DNA of 64,000 nt from positions 56,482 through 120,481 of the forward strand of contig JBQDYD010000006.1 of NCBI GenBank assembly GCA_051967755.1. Direction: 5' to 3'. Below, one piece after another: positions 7,635 through 17,752 of this stretch. Numbering within the stretch: the stretch's first letter is position 1; each line of letters begins with the position of its first letter. The position numbers and the translations under genes are program-made. Under the pieces are notes generated by a model. It was not told where the DNA came from. It worked only from the letters and a program-made list of their open reading frames with translations, and searched no databases. The stretch is from Alcanivorax sp. Lineage in GTDB: Bacteria > Pseudomonadota > Alphaproteobacteria > Micavibrionales > Micavibrionaceae.

Positions 7635-9686
7635 ATGAGTGACAACCCGCTTCTTCAAATTTCAAATGTAAAAAATCATGCCCCGCTGTTTGATCAGGTA
7701 AAAACCGAACATTATCTGCCCGCAGTTGAGGAAGGCATCAAGCGCGCGCGTAAGAATATCGATGCGATTAAGGCGAACACGGACGCGCCGACATTTGAGA
7801 ATACAATCGTTGCCATGGAAGACGCATCTGAGGATTTAGGGCAAGCGGCCTCTGTGTTTTATAACCAGCTCTCTGCGATGGGCGGTGATGATTTGCATGA
7901 ATTGGCCGCGCAAATCGGCCCGATGAATGCCAGCTTTTCTAATGATGTGATGTTGGATGAAGACCTATTCGCCCGCGTGAAGGCCGTCTATGATCAGCGT
8001 GATGATCTGGGATTAAGCGTTGAGGAATATACCCTGCTGGATGATACATATCGCGGATTTGTGCGCGCAGGTGCGTTATTGGATGATGATAAGAAAACCC
8101 GCCTGAGAGAGATTTCAGAAAAGCTTTCTATGCTGAACCCTGCCTTCATGCAAAACGCGATTAAATCCGCCGAAGCGTTTGAGATGGTAATTGAGAGCGA
8201 AGATGATCTGGCAGGATTGCCAGACAGCGCGATTGAATCGGCCGCCCACGCCGCCGAAGAACGCGGCCATGAAGGCAAGTGGGTGTTTACACTGGATTTC
8301 CCAAGCTTTGGCCCGTTCCTGCAATATGCGGATAATCGGGGCTTGCGCGAGAAAATCTGGCGCGCCTATGCATCACGCAGTTGGAATGATGAATTTGATA
8401 ATTCCGATAACATCAAACAAATCATATCCCTGCGCACAGAGCGTGCAAACCTGTTGGGTTATGACACACATGCGCATTATGTTCTGGAAGAACGCATGGC
8501 CAAAAGTCCTGACAACGTGTGGGAATTTTTGGAAAAACTAAAATCCGCATATAAACCCGCCGCGCAACAAGATCTGGATGATCTAACAAAATTCGCAAAA
8601 GAAGAGCACGGCATTGATGATCTACAGCCATGGGATATTGGCTATTATTCAGAGAAGTTAAAGCAAAAGTTATTTGATTTCACATCCGAAGACTTCCGCC
8701 CCTATTACCAAATTGACAAGGTTCTGGATGGATGTTTCAATCATTTCAGTAAGTTATTCGGCCTGAAATTTGTCCAATCAAAAGAATACCCCGTCTGGCA
8801 TGAAGATGTAAAAGTCTTTGATGTGGTCAATGAAAAGGACGGCAGTTTTGTCGGAACGCTCTATGGTGACTTCCACCCGCGTAAGGGAAAAAACCAAGGC
8901 GCATGGAAAACCAGCTATCGCGACCAAGGGTTATTCAGGGGGAACATCGAACGCCCTGTTGTGGCGATTGTTTGTAATTTCACCAAACCGACAAAGGCAC
9001 GTCCATCCCTGTTAACCCATGGTGAGGTCACAACCCTGTACCATGAAATGGGACATGCGGTGCATGCACTGTTATCTGATGTGACATATCGTTCGCATGC
9101 AGGTACGTCTGTGCTTTGGGATTTTGTAGAGCTTCCTTCGCAGCTTCAAGAAAATTGGTGCTATGAAAAAGATGTGCTTGATACATTTGCCGCGCATTAC
9201 GAAACAGGCGAAAAAATCCCCGCCGAACTTGTTGAGAAACTCAACAAGGCCAAAAACTTCATGACCGGTTGGGGCGGCTTGCGCCAGGTTGGTTTGGGAA
9301 CACTGGATATGGCATGGCATACATGTGATCCGTCCACGGTGGATGATGTGGCCGCGTTCGAAGATGATGCAACAAAAGACACCTCCCTCTTCCCGCGTAT
9401 GGCGGGGCCGACCTCAACCGCGTTCGGGCATATTTTTGCAGGCGGATATTCCGCCGGATATTACAGTTATAAATGGGCGGAGGTGTTAGACGCCGATACC
9501 TATGAATGGTTCCTTGAAAAAGGTCTGTATGACCAAGAGGTCGCGCAAAGTTACCGCGATAATATCCTGTCGCGCGGCGGCAGTGAAAAGCCTGATGTGC
9601 TTTATAAACGGTTCCGCGGGCGCGATGCCGACCCTGATGCCCTGCTGCGCCGTGAAGGATTGCTGAAGGATAAAAAGGCCGCGTAA
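7635..9686 (+). CDS. dcp: M3 family zinc metallopeptidase (peptidyl-dipeptidase Dcp / oligopeptidase A type)
   Basis: 683 aa with the zinc motif HEMGHAVH. Length and overall pattern fit the M3A family. Confidence 0.85.
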   Translation: MSDNPLLQISNVKNHAPLFDQVKTEHYLPAVEEGIKRARKNIDAIKANTDAPTFENTIVAMEDASEDLGQAASVFYNQLSAMGGDDLHELAAQIGPMNASFSNDVMLDEDLFARVKAVYDQRDDLGLSVEEYTLLDDTYRGFVRAGALLDDDKKTRLREISEKLSMLNPAFMQNAIKSAEAFEMVIESEDDLAGLPDSAIESAAHAAEERGHEGKWVFTLDFPSFGPFLQYADNRGLREKIWRAYASRSWNDEFDNSDNIKQIISLRTERANLLGYDTHAHYVLEERMAKSPDNVWEFLEKLKSAYKPAAQQDLDDLTKFAKEEHGIDDLQPWDIGYYSEKLKQKLFDFTSEDFRPYYQIDKVLDGCFNHFSKLFGLKFVQSKEYPVWHEDVKVFDVVNEKDGSFVGTLYGDFHPRKGKNQGAWKTSYRDQGLFRGNIERPVVAIVCNFTKPTKARPSLLTHGEVTTLYHEMGHAVHALLSDVTYRSHAGTSVLWDFVELPSQLQENWCYEKDVLDTFAAHYETGEKIPAELVEKLNKAKNFMTGWGGLRQVGLGTLDMAWHTCDPSTVDDVAAFEDDATKDTSLFPRMAGPTSTAFGHIFAGGYSAGYYSYKWAEVLDADTYEWFLEKGLYDQEVAQSYRDNILSRGGSEKPDVLYKRFRGRDADPDALLRREGLLKDKKAA

Positions 9687-9689
9687 TTT

Positions 9690-10334
9690 ATGTCAGAACA
9701 GGAACAGGAACAGCAAAATCAAACGCAAGGGGAGAACAAAGAAAACAGCCCCTTGCCTAAGCAAAAAGTAAAGCGCGTGCGCAAAGTTGGCGTGTTCAGC
9801 ATATTTTTTCTTATTTTGTTGCTTCTGCTGGTTCTTACAATCACGCCCTTTTATTCTTTGATGTATTCTTACCTTCCGCGTGATGCGAAGATTTTTATCA
9901 CCAAAAATCTATATCAGCGACAAGTAATCAAAGCAGGTACCGAGACATTAGATAAACCAAAAAAATACACCCCCGCTGAACCCTTGCAGGTGTTAGGGGA
10001 TAACACAGGCCTATGCTTTTCATTTCCCTCAACCAGAGCAAAACCAAACGCACAATTCATAAATAAGGGGCGTCTGGATGGTGCAAAACGCGGAGAAAAA
10101 ATCGCCGAGATTATCGTCGTGGGAAACAACAAATACGAATATGAACTGAACACAGTCATCATTAACGAAGACCACGAAAAAAGCGAAAACCCGCACGCAA
10201 CAATTTGCCAAACATTTGGACGCGAGTATGGGATCATCCCGCAAATCATAAACGTAATCTACATACGCCCGTTAAGGGAATTCACCGCGACCGAAGTGTT
10301 TTGGGCGACGACCAAAGACATACATTTGGATTAG
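9690..10334 (+). CDS. hypothetical membrane-anchored protein
   Basis: 214 aa with a Glu/Gln-rich N-terminus and one TM helix (VFSIFFLILLLLLVLTI). It starts 4 nt after the dcp stop and is AT-richer than its neighbours. No family recognised. Confidence 0.5.
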   Translation: MSEQEQEQQNQTQGENKENSPLPKQKVKRVRKVGVFSIFFLILLLLLVLTITPFYSLMYSYLPRDAKIFITKNLYQRQVIKAGTETLDKPKKYTPAEPLQVLGDNTGLCFSFPSTRAKPNAQFINKGRLDGAKRGEKIAEIIVVGNNKYEYELNTVIINEDHEKSENPHATICQTFGREYGIIPQIINVIYIRPLREFTATEVFWATTKDIHLD

Positions 10335-11227
10335 AATAATTCCATCAACATACAGCGCGCAGATCCGCCGCCATATTTTTCTAACGTCGACAGATCAGGG
10401 CAGATCATCGTGCTGTAATGCTTTCCGATAATTTGGAACTGCGTATCATCCAGTGCGTGCTCTGCTGCTTTTGACATCGTCAACATACGTTCATCATAAC
10501 GCCCGACCACCTCCAGCGCATTACAACAATTTGCCTGTAATTGCTCCATTGAGAAATCAACCACATCATGGGTTTCATGCAGGCGATCCAAAACCTGTTT
10601 GCGCACGCCCTCATCGATAATGCATTCACTGCAAATCCCCACCATATCGGTGCCGATATACATCAGAAAGTCGGTGTGATAGACGGGGATCCCCTTATGG
10701 GAGTGCGTTTCAAACATTATCACATCATAGCCCATAAAATCCGCCCATTTTTGTACCAATTCCGGTGATGTGCGTTTCGACAGGCCCGCATAGCCGCGCT
10801 TATTCACATGATCCGCCACAATGCTTGCCGTACTTTCGAGGGAAAGCCCCTCTTTTTCATAGCCGCTCCAATCCTCTACATTCGGGTACAGCTTTTTTAA
10901 ACGATCAATAATGCGCGGTCGGCGCTCAAAGCTGCGGTTTTCGTTGTGCATCGGATATATCATCAGGCGCCCGTCATCGTAGGTCGACGCCCAATTCGGG
11001 AAAACCATATCGGGGCATTGCTCATGTCCGAGAACAGTGGTGATCATCACGCCTTTTTCCACCAACATGTCGCGATAGGCTAAAAACTCTGCTTTCGCCT
11101 TTTTCAGCGTAACGTCATACGGCTCGTCCTGTTCTTGTGTTTGATAAACATTGGTATCTAATGTTTGCGGATTTGCATAGAACACCGATGGCTCGACCAT
11201 CAAAAGATGATTGGTGGACTGCTTCAT
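10331..11227 (-). CDS. amidinotransferase / arginine-deiminase-related protein (CtlX-like, guanidino-modifying superfamily)
   Basis: 298 aa. The C-terminal catalytic-Cys motif GGGSARCMLMELF and the N-terminal LMVEPSVFYANPQT resemble the CtlX/DDAH-like family. Confidence 0.6.
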   Translation of the reverse strand: MKQSTNHLLMVEPSVFYANPQTLDTNVYQTQEQDEPYDVTLKKAKAEFLAYRDMLVEKGVMITTVLGHEQCPDMVFPNWASTYDDGRLMIYPMHNENRSFERRPRIIDRLKKLYPNVEDWSGYEKEGLSLESTASIVADHVNKRGYAGLSKRTSPELVQKWADFMGYDVIMFETHSHKGIPVYHTDFLMYIGTDMVGICSECIIDEGVRKQVLDRLHETHDVVDFSMEQLQANCCNALEVVGRYDERMLTMSKAAEHALDDTQFQIIGKHYSTMICPDLSTLEKYGGGSARCMLMELF

Positions 11228-11324
11228 AAATGACCTCGCGGGCTTTGTAGATTTCTTGATAATTTATAATAAGGCTATGCCCCTTAAAATTATCATAATG
11301 GGCACTCTATGCGAATATAATTTT

Positions 11325-11990
11325 TTACTCTAAGCGCCTTAAAAGCTTATCATACTCTTCTTGTGCATCTTCACGCCCTTGATGCGCGGCCAAACCAAAC
11401 CAATGCAGTGATTCCTCCAGATCCATGCGCACACCGCGACCATCCCTATATAAAACGGCAAGTTCAAATTGCGCGGAATCATACCCATTCTGCGCAGATT
11501 TCTCATACCACTCCGCGGCCTTATTATAATCCTGATCAACCATATCCCCCTTTGCATAGGCATGCCCCAATGTATATTGCGCAACCTTACTGTTATTGCG
11601 GGCAGATAATGTTAACCACTTCATCGCATTATGCTCATTTGGTTTTATGCCTTGCCCGTCACGATACATGATGCCCAGAAAATATTGCGCCGTCGGGTGA
11701 TCTTGATCGGCGGCCTTTTCAAACCATTCAAAAGCCTTTTCATAGTCTTTATCAACGCCCTTACCTGCATGATAAAAAACCCCCATCGCAAATTGTGAGT
11801 TTACCTCCCCCTCTTGCGCCCTGATGCTATGCGCCATTATTTGCTTTTGCCATTGTTGGCTTTTGGAAACAGGCTTCAACCGCATTGTTTTGGTAATGAC
11901 TTTTACGTCGTCGTCATTGGCCTCTTGCGCAAAGGCACAGTGATATGACGCAAAAAGAAGGGAAACTGACAATAGAGACAATAAACGCAT
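11325..11990 (-). CDS. secreted Sel1-repeat (TPR-like) protein
   Basis: Signal peptide followed by 4-5 Sel1 repeats (AQYFLGIMYRDGQGI, AQYTLGHAYAKGDMV, AQFELAVLYRDGRGV, each followed by A..W..KAA). Confidence 0.85.
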   Translation of the reverse strand: MRLLSLLSVSLLFASYHCAFAQEANDDDVKVITKTMRLKPVSKSQQWQKQIMAHSIRAQEGEVNSQFAMGVFYHAGKGVDKDYEKAFEWFEKAADQDHPTAQYFLGIMYRDGQGIKPNEHNAMKWLTLSARNNSKVAQYTLGHAYAKGDMVDQDYNKAAEWYEKSAQNGYDSAQFELAVLYRDGRGVRMDLEESLHWFGLAAHQGREDAQEEYDKLLRRLE

Positions 11991-12073
11991 AGAAACCTAA
12001 ACTTTGATGTATCGCAACACAGCCTATCGTATCAAAGGGCTGTGATCTAATCAAAATCAGATTTATTTACAGA

Positions 12074-12397
12074 TCAGCGCATATGCCTGAATTTTGTGCG
12101 ATCAATCAATGTCATGGCTTTTTTTGTCATCGGAGCATCAAAGCCCGCGCGACTGAGTTTTTCAAGGCGGCTTCCTAAATATGATGCCCCGATTGAATAA
12201 CTGTCTTTATTATCATTGTCGTAACGATTAAGTGAATCTTTGTAAAAAACGACGCGGTACCCTAACGGGTCTTCTTCATGGGCACATGGTTCAAGGATCA
12301 CGTCATCAATATCTGACTCCCAATTCGCCCTCACGATTACAGGATCCCCCACCTGCCCGTATGAATTGCTATACATAACAAATCCCTCACAACACAA
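12074..12397 (-). CDS. hypothetical protein
   Basis: 107-aa ORF with AT-rich flanks. No recognisable motif. The start may be the internal ATG (MYSNSYG). Confidence 0.35.
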   Translation of the reverse strand: MCCEGFVMYSNSYGQVGDPVIVRANWESDIDDVILEPCAHEEDPLGYRVVFYKDSLNRYDNDNKDSYSIGASYLGSRLEKLSRAGFDAPMTKKAMTLIDRTKFRHMR

Positions 12398-12546
12398 CTA
12401 TTTTGAATACAATAATTATACAAATATTTGGCAGATTTTCAACATTTTACGGGGAGATGTAATTAGCGAATACTAAAGTAAACAGCGCGAATACATATAT
12501 AAATCACGAAGATACATCATAAATGTACTTTTCCATAATTTTGCGC

Positions 12547-13506
12547 TTAAATTATTTTTAGGTAATCCTGATAGCTGAGGCTGATTTTATCCCGCAGATA
12601 CGAATCATAGTCGTAATTTACGGCCAATAAATTTGGCGCTTCCCACCCCAATGATTGCATGTGCGATATATCCATGACCTTTCGCGGCGTACCGTCAGGT
12701 TTGGTTTCATCAAAAACCACCTTGCCCGTATAACCAACGATTTCGCAAATCATATTGGCCAAATCCTTAATGGTGACCTCATGCCCCGTGCCGATATTCA
12801 CCATCGCCGGCGCTTCGCCGTATATGGTCATAAACACCAATCCATCGGCCAAATCATCCACCCACAAAAACTCCCGCAGTGGCGAACCCGTCCCCCATAA
12901 TACAAGCTCCCCTTGCCCTGCTTGCTTGGCGGCATGTGCCTTCATGATCATTGCGGGGATCACATGCGAATTTTGCGCATCATAGGTATCCCCTGCGCCA
13001 AATAAATTACACGGCATCGCTGCGCTGTAATGACACCCATATTGGCGGCTGTAATAATCCGCCATTTTCACACCACCGATTTTCGCCAGCGCATAGGCTT
13101 CGTTGGTTGGCTCTAACACGTCAGACAGCAGCGCATTTTCTGAAATTGGCTGCGCGGCATGTTTCGGGTAAATACAGGAAGACCCAAGAAAGATTACGCG
13201 CTCTGCCCCGCTCAAATAGGCCGCATGCATGATATTTGCGGCAATCATCATATTGTCATAGAAAAACTCCGCAGGGTTATTGGCATTATCCATGATGCCC
13301 CCAACGCGCGCGGCCGCGATATAAATCACATCGGGTTTATTTGCCCCTACCCAATCATTAACCGCCGCCTGATCGCGGCAATCCAGATCGGCATGATTAA
13401 TGGTTAAGATATCGCATCGTTCAAACGCCAAACGCCGCATTAATGCCTGCCCGACCATACCGCGATGGCCTGCAATCCATACTTTTTTACCAACCAGAGA
13501 GTACAC
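12547..13506 (-). CDS. fcl: GDP-L-fucose synthase (GDP-4-keto-6-deoxymannose epimerase/reductase)
   Basis: SDR-fold protein with KVWIAGHRGMVG, AAARVGG and YALAK (YxxxK), located directly downstream of gmd. A GTG start at 13506 is preferred; the track ATG at 13533 would overlap gmd. Confidence 0.9.
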   Translation of the reverse strand: MYSLVGKKVWIAGHRGMVGQALMRRLAFERCDILTINHADLDCRDQAAVNDWVGANKPDVIYIAAARVGGIMDNANNPAEFFYDNMMIAANIMHAAYLSGAERVIFLGSSCIYPKHAAQPISENALLSDVLEPTNEAYALAKIGGVKMADYYSRQYGCHYSAAMPCNLFGAGDTYDAQNSHVIPAMIMKAHAAKQAGQGELVLWGTGSPLREFLWVDDLADGLVFMTIYGEAPAMVNIGTGHEVTIKDLANMICEIVGYTGKVVFDETKPDGTPRKVMDISHMQSLGWEAPNLLAVNYDYDSYLRDKISLSYQDYLKII

Positions 13507-13511
13507 CGAGA

Positions 13512-14582
13512 TTATTCCGCCGCATCTACCCACGGCGTGTTTGAAACGCGCGCTTTGATCAATTCACGGTCAACATTAATCATCTCACTGATTAAATCAT
13601 CAAAATAGGTGTTCGGCGTCCAGCCTAATACACGCTTAGCCTTGCTTGCATCACCCAGCAGGTAATTCACCTCTTTCGGGCGGAATAACGCCTGATCAAT
13701 CACAACCAATGTCTTGCCGCTTTTGTGGTCAATGCCGCGCTCTTCCTGACCATCGCCAACCCAAACAACCGTTTTACCGATATGGGCAAAGGCGCGGGTT
13801 GCGAATTCACGCACGGTTTTTGCCGTGCCCGTCGCCAAAACATAATCATCAGAGCGATGACGTTGCAGCATCATCCACATACCCTCTACATAATCGCGGG
13901 CATGCCCCCAATCACGTACGGATTCTAAATTCCCTAAGCAAAGCGGCCTGCTGCGCCCTGCTTCAATCTCTGCCACGGCGCGGGTAATTTTGCGCGTTAC
14001 AAAATCTTCGCCGCGCGTCGGGCTTTCATGGTTAAACAATATTCCGTTCGACACATGCATGGCGTATGAATCCCGATATGTCCGCGCAAGCCAATATGAG
14101 GCGAGCTTTGCAATGCCATACGGGCTGCAGGGGTGCATGGGTGTATCCTCATTTTGCGGTGCGGGCGCACTGCCAAACATTTCAGAGGATGATGCCTGAT
14201 AGATACGCACGGAATTTTGCATATCAAGCAGGCGCACGGCCTCTAATATGGCCAATGTGCCTTTTGTATTAATATCAATGGTGGATGCAGGCGTTTCAAA
14301 ACTGACCGCCACTTGTGATAACGCCGCCAGATTATAAATTTCATCAGGTTTGATTTTCTTAATTAAGGCGGTCACATATTGCGCATCGGTTAAATCGCCC
14401 TGATGCAGGGTCAAACGCCCTTCTTCCGCATCCAGCGCGCCTAATCGCCCAAGCGCATCTTCGGCGTTCGCATAACTGTCCCAGCGCATAAGGCCGTGAA
14501 CGATATAGCCCTTACCTAATAAAAAATCGGCCAGATAGGATCCGTCCTGACCTGCAATGCCTGTAATTAAAGCCGTCTTCAT
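13512..14582 (-). CDS. gmd: GDP-mannose 4,6-dehydratase
   Basis: MKTALITGIAGQDGSYLADFLL, SSSEMFG, YGIAKL and NHESPTRG are typical Gmd motifs. The ATG at 14582 is preferred over 14642. Confidence 0.93.
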   Translation of the reverse strand: MKTALITGIAGQDGSYLADFLLGKGYIVHGLMRWDSYANAEDALGRLGALDAEEGRLTLHQGDLTDAQYVTALIKKIKPDEIYNLAALSQVAVSFETPASTIDINTKGTLAILEAVRLLDMQNSVRIYQASSSEMFGSAPAPQNEDTPMHPCSPYGIAKLASYWLARTYRDSYAMHVSNGILFNHESPTRGEDFVTRKITRAVAEIEAGRSRPLCLGNLESVRDWGHARDYVEGMWMMLQRHRSDDYVLATGTAKTVREFATRAFAHIGKTVVWVGDGQEERGIDHKSGKTLVVIDQALFRPKEVNYLLGDASKAKRVLGWTPNTYFDDLISEMINVDRELIKARVSNTPWVDAAE

Positions 14583-14699
14583 ATCCGCAATCTCATTCCC
14601 CTCGCGCCACACACATACGACAGTGTGCCCAAACACGGGCAAAAATCAAGATTGTTTTTGGTTTTTTAGGCATTTAGGGGCTGTTTTTAAATAAAAACA

Positions 14700-15707
14700 T
14701 TATTCTGCAGGGTGCAAGTGCGTGGAATTTCCATCCGATTTTGCTTTGTTTTCTTTGTATTTCTTGCTCACTTCTTTGCGCTTTTCCTTGCTCAAAAACG
14801 GCCAGACCAGTTGATGGGTGAATTTCTCGGGCATGTGCTCATGAATACCGATATTCTTTGGCGGGCGACGATCCTCATGAAAGAACGTGCCAAACACCAT
14901 ATCCCAAATCATAACATTCTCACCGTAATTGGTATTCCCCTCCCGCAGCTTCTTACTGTGATGCCAACGGTGAAGCTCAGGCGTATTGAATATCCATGAA
15001 AGGATGCCAAAGCGCATCTCAACATTGCAATGGGTCAGCATCCCGATAAAGGCTGTCACCGCGCCCAGCCACATGACAATCTCCATTGATGCACCAAGCG
15101 CAAGCAGCGGGATAATGCCAAGCACGATGCTATAGAGGCTATCGATGAAATGAAAACGCCCTGTATTCACAATCCAAAGCTTTTCGACGCTATGGTGGAT
15201 GGCATGAAAACGCCAAAGCGGCATAAATTCATGCGCGCTGCGATGTGCCCAGTAAAGCATGAATTCTGAGGCAATAACCGCCAAGATAACCTGCGCCGCC
15301 AGCGGCCAGTCAGAGGGCCAAATGGTCACCCCCAACAATCCCGACTCCCCGCCTGTCAGCATGCTTGCGCCGATATAGGTATTCACCGCCAGCAAAACCT
15401 GCGATGTGCCCTTACTGGTTAGGGTGTGCAAAATATTCGCCCATGTTTGCCCGTCTGATTTGTGCCATTCACGCTCATGCGGCATCCACCGCTCAAGGAA
15501 CAGCAAACTGACGATTAAAAACAAATAAGACAGATTGAAACATAAATACGGCATATAGGCAGGGTCTTTGATTGAAAACCCATAGGCCGTGAAAGACATA
15601 CATGACACGAATAAAAACGGCCACAAAACCCATGACAGATAATATTTCAGGGTGCTGCTCTCCCCCGTGCCGGTATTGTTGATATTACGAGAAAGAGGTG
15701 ATGGCAT
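14700..15707 (-). CDS. fatty acid hydroxylase / sterol desaturase superfamily membrane protein
   Basis: Polytopic membrane protein with three His boxes (HRSAHE, HAIHHS, HRWHH). Confidence 0.75.
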   Translation of the reverse strand: MPSPLSRNINNTGTGESSTLKYYLSWVLWPFLFVSCMSFTAYGFSIKDPAYMPYLCFNLSYLFLIVSLLFLERWMPHEREWHKSDGQTWANILHTLTSKGTSQVLLAVNTYIGASMLTGGESGLLGVTIWPSDWPLAAQVILAVIASEFMLYWAHRSAHEFMPLWRFHAIHHSVEKLWIVNTGRFHFIDSLYSIVLGIIPLLALGASMEIVMWLGAVTAFIGMLTHCNVEMRFGILSWIFNTPELHRWHHSKKLREGNTNYGENVMIWDMVFGTFFHEDRRPPKNIGIHEHMPEKFTHQLVWPFLSKEKRKEVSKKYKENKAKSDGNSTHLHPAE

Positions 15708-15709
15708 GT

Positions 15710-16189
15710 CTACAGCTCCTGTATTTTTGTCGGATCTAATGTTGAGGGGTCAACCGAGCGCGGCGGCATCAGCTCTTCTAAATTCGGGATATTCGTCTCC
15801 GGCAAGGTGGATGGATCCACACCGTTTAATATATAAGACACATCCTTGAGCTTTTTCATCAACTCAAGGCGCTTCACCATAAATTTCAAATCCTTGCAAT
15901 CCGTCTTTTCTTTGGTGAGTTCATCTTTGACGGCACTAAAATTTTCATCCTTGAGGATGTATAGTTCTTTTTTGTGGGCAGGCGTTAAATTTCTTTTCTG
16001 TTCAAATTTCTCAATAAAATCATCCGCCATTGTGCTTTCTTTTTCGCAATATGCGCTCTGCGCATCGGCTTCTGCAGAATACTGAACGGCCTGTTTCATT
16101 AACGCATACTCATCCGCATCCGTTTGCGCATGGGCGTTTACAGGAAAAATAAAAACTGAAAAACATAATATCGACAGAACATATTTCAT
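15710..16189 (-). CDS. hypothetical secreted protein
   Basis: Signal peptide MKYVLSILCFSVFIFPVNAHA. Its stop lies 2 nt before the downstream hydroxylase start. No family recognised. Confidence 0.5.
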   Translation of the reverse strand: MKYVLSILCFSVFIFPVNAHAQTDADEYALMKQAVQYSAEADAQSAYCEKESTMADDFIEKFEQKRNLTPAHKKELYILKDENFSAVKDELTKEKTDCKDLKFMVKRLELMKKLKDVSYILNGVDPSTLPETNIPNLEELMPPRSVDPSTLDPTKIQEL

Positions 16190-16242
16190 GGCCGCTATAA
16201 TAATCATTTTCTGAGGATTTGAAAAGCGGAAGGTTGCGCACG

Positions 16243-17232
16243 CTACCCCTGCGCGGCGCGTTTCAGGCGGTCATTGATCGCCACGCCAACCCCGCGATCA
16301 GGGATATTCATGACGGCAATGGATTTATGCTCTGCCCTGTCCAATTCACGCATCATTGAAAATAAATTTGCGGCGGCTTCGTATAAGTCACCCTCTTCGC
16401 TTAAATTCCTAAGCGCCGTATCAGGCAGATCAGAGGCTGCGCCTTTGTTGCGGACACCCATAAATTTAATCGACCCGAACGCGAGGAGCGCTTCACCCTC
16501 CTCCAGATCAACCGCGTTCAAACGCACAGGGATATTCGGCGCGTAATGTTTTAATAATTGCCCGGGGGATTTAACATCATCGCCCTTTTCCCCCAGATCA
16601 TACGCCACATCAAACCCCAGCGTTTCTGAGACATCCTCCGCCGTGATCCCGCCCGGACGCAGCACATACGGCACTTCGCCTGTGCAATCCACAACCGTTG
16701 ATTCAAGGCCAACGGCGCACGCCCCATCCGCCAAAATCATATCCACCGCTTCACCGAGGCTTTGCGCGACATGCGCAGGGGTGGTCGGGCTGAGGGAGCC
16801 TGATTTATTCGCACTGGGCGCAGCAATAGGACAGCCGCTTTCCCTTATCAACGCACGCGCGGTTTTATGCGACGGAATGCGCACCGCAACCGTCGGCAAG
16901 CCCGCAGATACTAAATCAGATAAGCCGCTATCCTCTTTACGTTTCAAGATTAATGTCATTGGCCCCGGCCAGAATTTTTCCGCCAGTGCCCGATCATGCG
17001 CGCTTAGCTCCGCGATTTCCTCAACCGCGCCTATGTCATTCACATGTACGATAAGGGGATTAAATTGCGGGCGACCTTTGGCCTCAAATATCTTGGCCAC
17101 CGCCTGCCCGTCGCATGCATTCGCCGCCAAACCATAAACCGTTTCGGTCGGCATACCAACCAGACCGCCGCGCTGTATAACCTCAGCGGCCTGTTTAATA
17201 GAATTAGGATTTGCAGCAACAATTCGTGTCAT
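16243..17232 (-). CDS. tsaC: L-threonylcarbamoyladenylate synthase (Sua5/YwlC/TsaC type)
   Basis: YrdC-domain motifs (GGLVGMPTETVYGLAANA, KGRPQFNPLIVHV, APSANKSG) plus a C-terminal Sua5 domain. The ATG at 17232 is preferred. Confidence 0.9.
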   Translation of the reverse strand: MTRIVAANPNSIKQAAEVIQRGGLVGMPTETVYGLAANACDGQAVAKIFEAKGRPQFNPLIVHVNDIGAVEEIAELSAHDRALAEKFWPGPMTLILKRKEDSGLSDLVSAGLPTVAVRIPSHKTARALIRESGCPIAAPSANKSGSLSPTTPAHVAQSLGEAVDMILADGACAVGLESTVVDCTGEVPYVLRPGGITAEDVSETLGFDVAYDLGEKGDDVKSPGQLLKHYAPNIPVRLNAVDLEEGEALLAFGSIKFMGVRNKGAASDLPDTALRNLSEEGDLYEAAANLFSMMRELDRAEHKSIAVMNIPDRGVGVAINDRLKRAAQG

Positions 17233-17281
17233 AGCTTTGACACAAAGCATTAAAAGACAACAAAATCAAGAGATAAGCGTG

Positions 17282-17677
17282 TTAGCCCAGCTCAACACCC
17301 TCGGCATCAATACCTGCCTCAGTTTTGATTTTATCGGCAAAGATACGCTCATACCCTGTTGGCACCTGTCCTTCGCGTATGCGCCCCATGGTTAAGGCAA
17401 CCATATCTTTGGCGCTGCTTTCTGATGTGGCTTTATCACTGCGCTCACCATAGCCCGCATTTTCGAGTGCGCTAAGGATATTTTCAAAACGCATATCAAC
17501 CGTATCAGGGTCAGACACGCGTGATGTGATGGTCGAATATTCTGCCATCCAATCCATTGTTTCATACACATCATCCTGCGCCAGAACATCTGATAACTCT
17601 GCCACATGCTCATCAATTGCGGCTTGCGCATGTTCAGGGCTTAAGGCTGCTTGTAAAAATTTTTGCGGGTTACTCAT
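17282..17677 (-). CDS. hypothetical acidic protein
   Basis: About 131 aa from the ATG at 17677, which is preceded by GGAGAA. No signal peptide and no family recognised. Confidence 0.45.
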   Translation of the reverse strand: MSNPQKFLQAALSPEHAQAAIDEHVAELSDVLAQDDVYETMDWMAEYSTITSRVSDPDTVDMRFENILSALENAGYGERSDKATSESSAKDMVALTMGRIREGQVPTGYERIFADKIKTEAGIDAEGVELG

Positions 17678-17752
17678 GTTTCGTTTCTCCGTATACGCCA
17701 AATCTGCATTGGCTTTACACGAAACAAATAAATATGACAAGTTTTTGAAATT

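Noticed and set aside
11256-11294. 9-bp inverted repeat TGATAATTT...AAATTATCA between the Sel1-repeat gene and the CtlX-like gene.
   Set aside because: It is short and made entirely of A/T. Such repeats are expected by chance in AT-rich intergenic DNA, and it has no T-run or other context to make it a terminator.
12484-12511. Possible dif (XerCD) site, AGCGCGAATAC-ATATAT-AAATCACGAAG, in an AT-rich intergenic region.
   Set aside because: Only the XerC-like arm shows partial similarity (about 7 of 11 positions to the E. coli dif arm as I recall it). The normally better-conserved XerD arm (TTATGTTAAAT-like) does not match.
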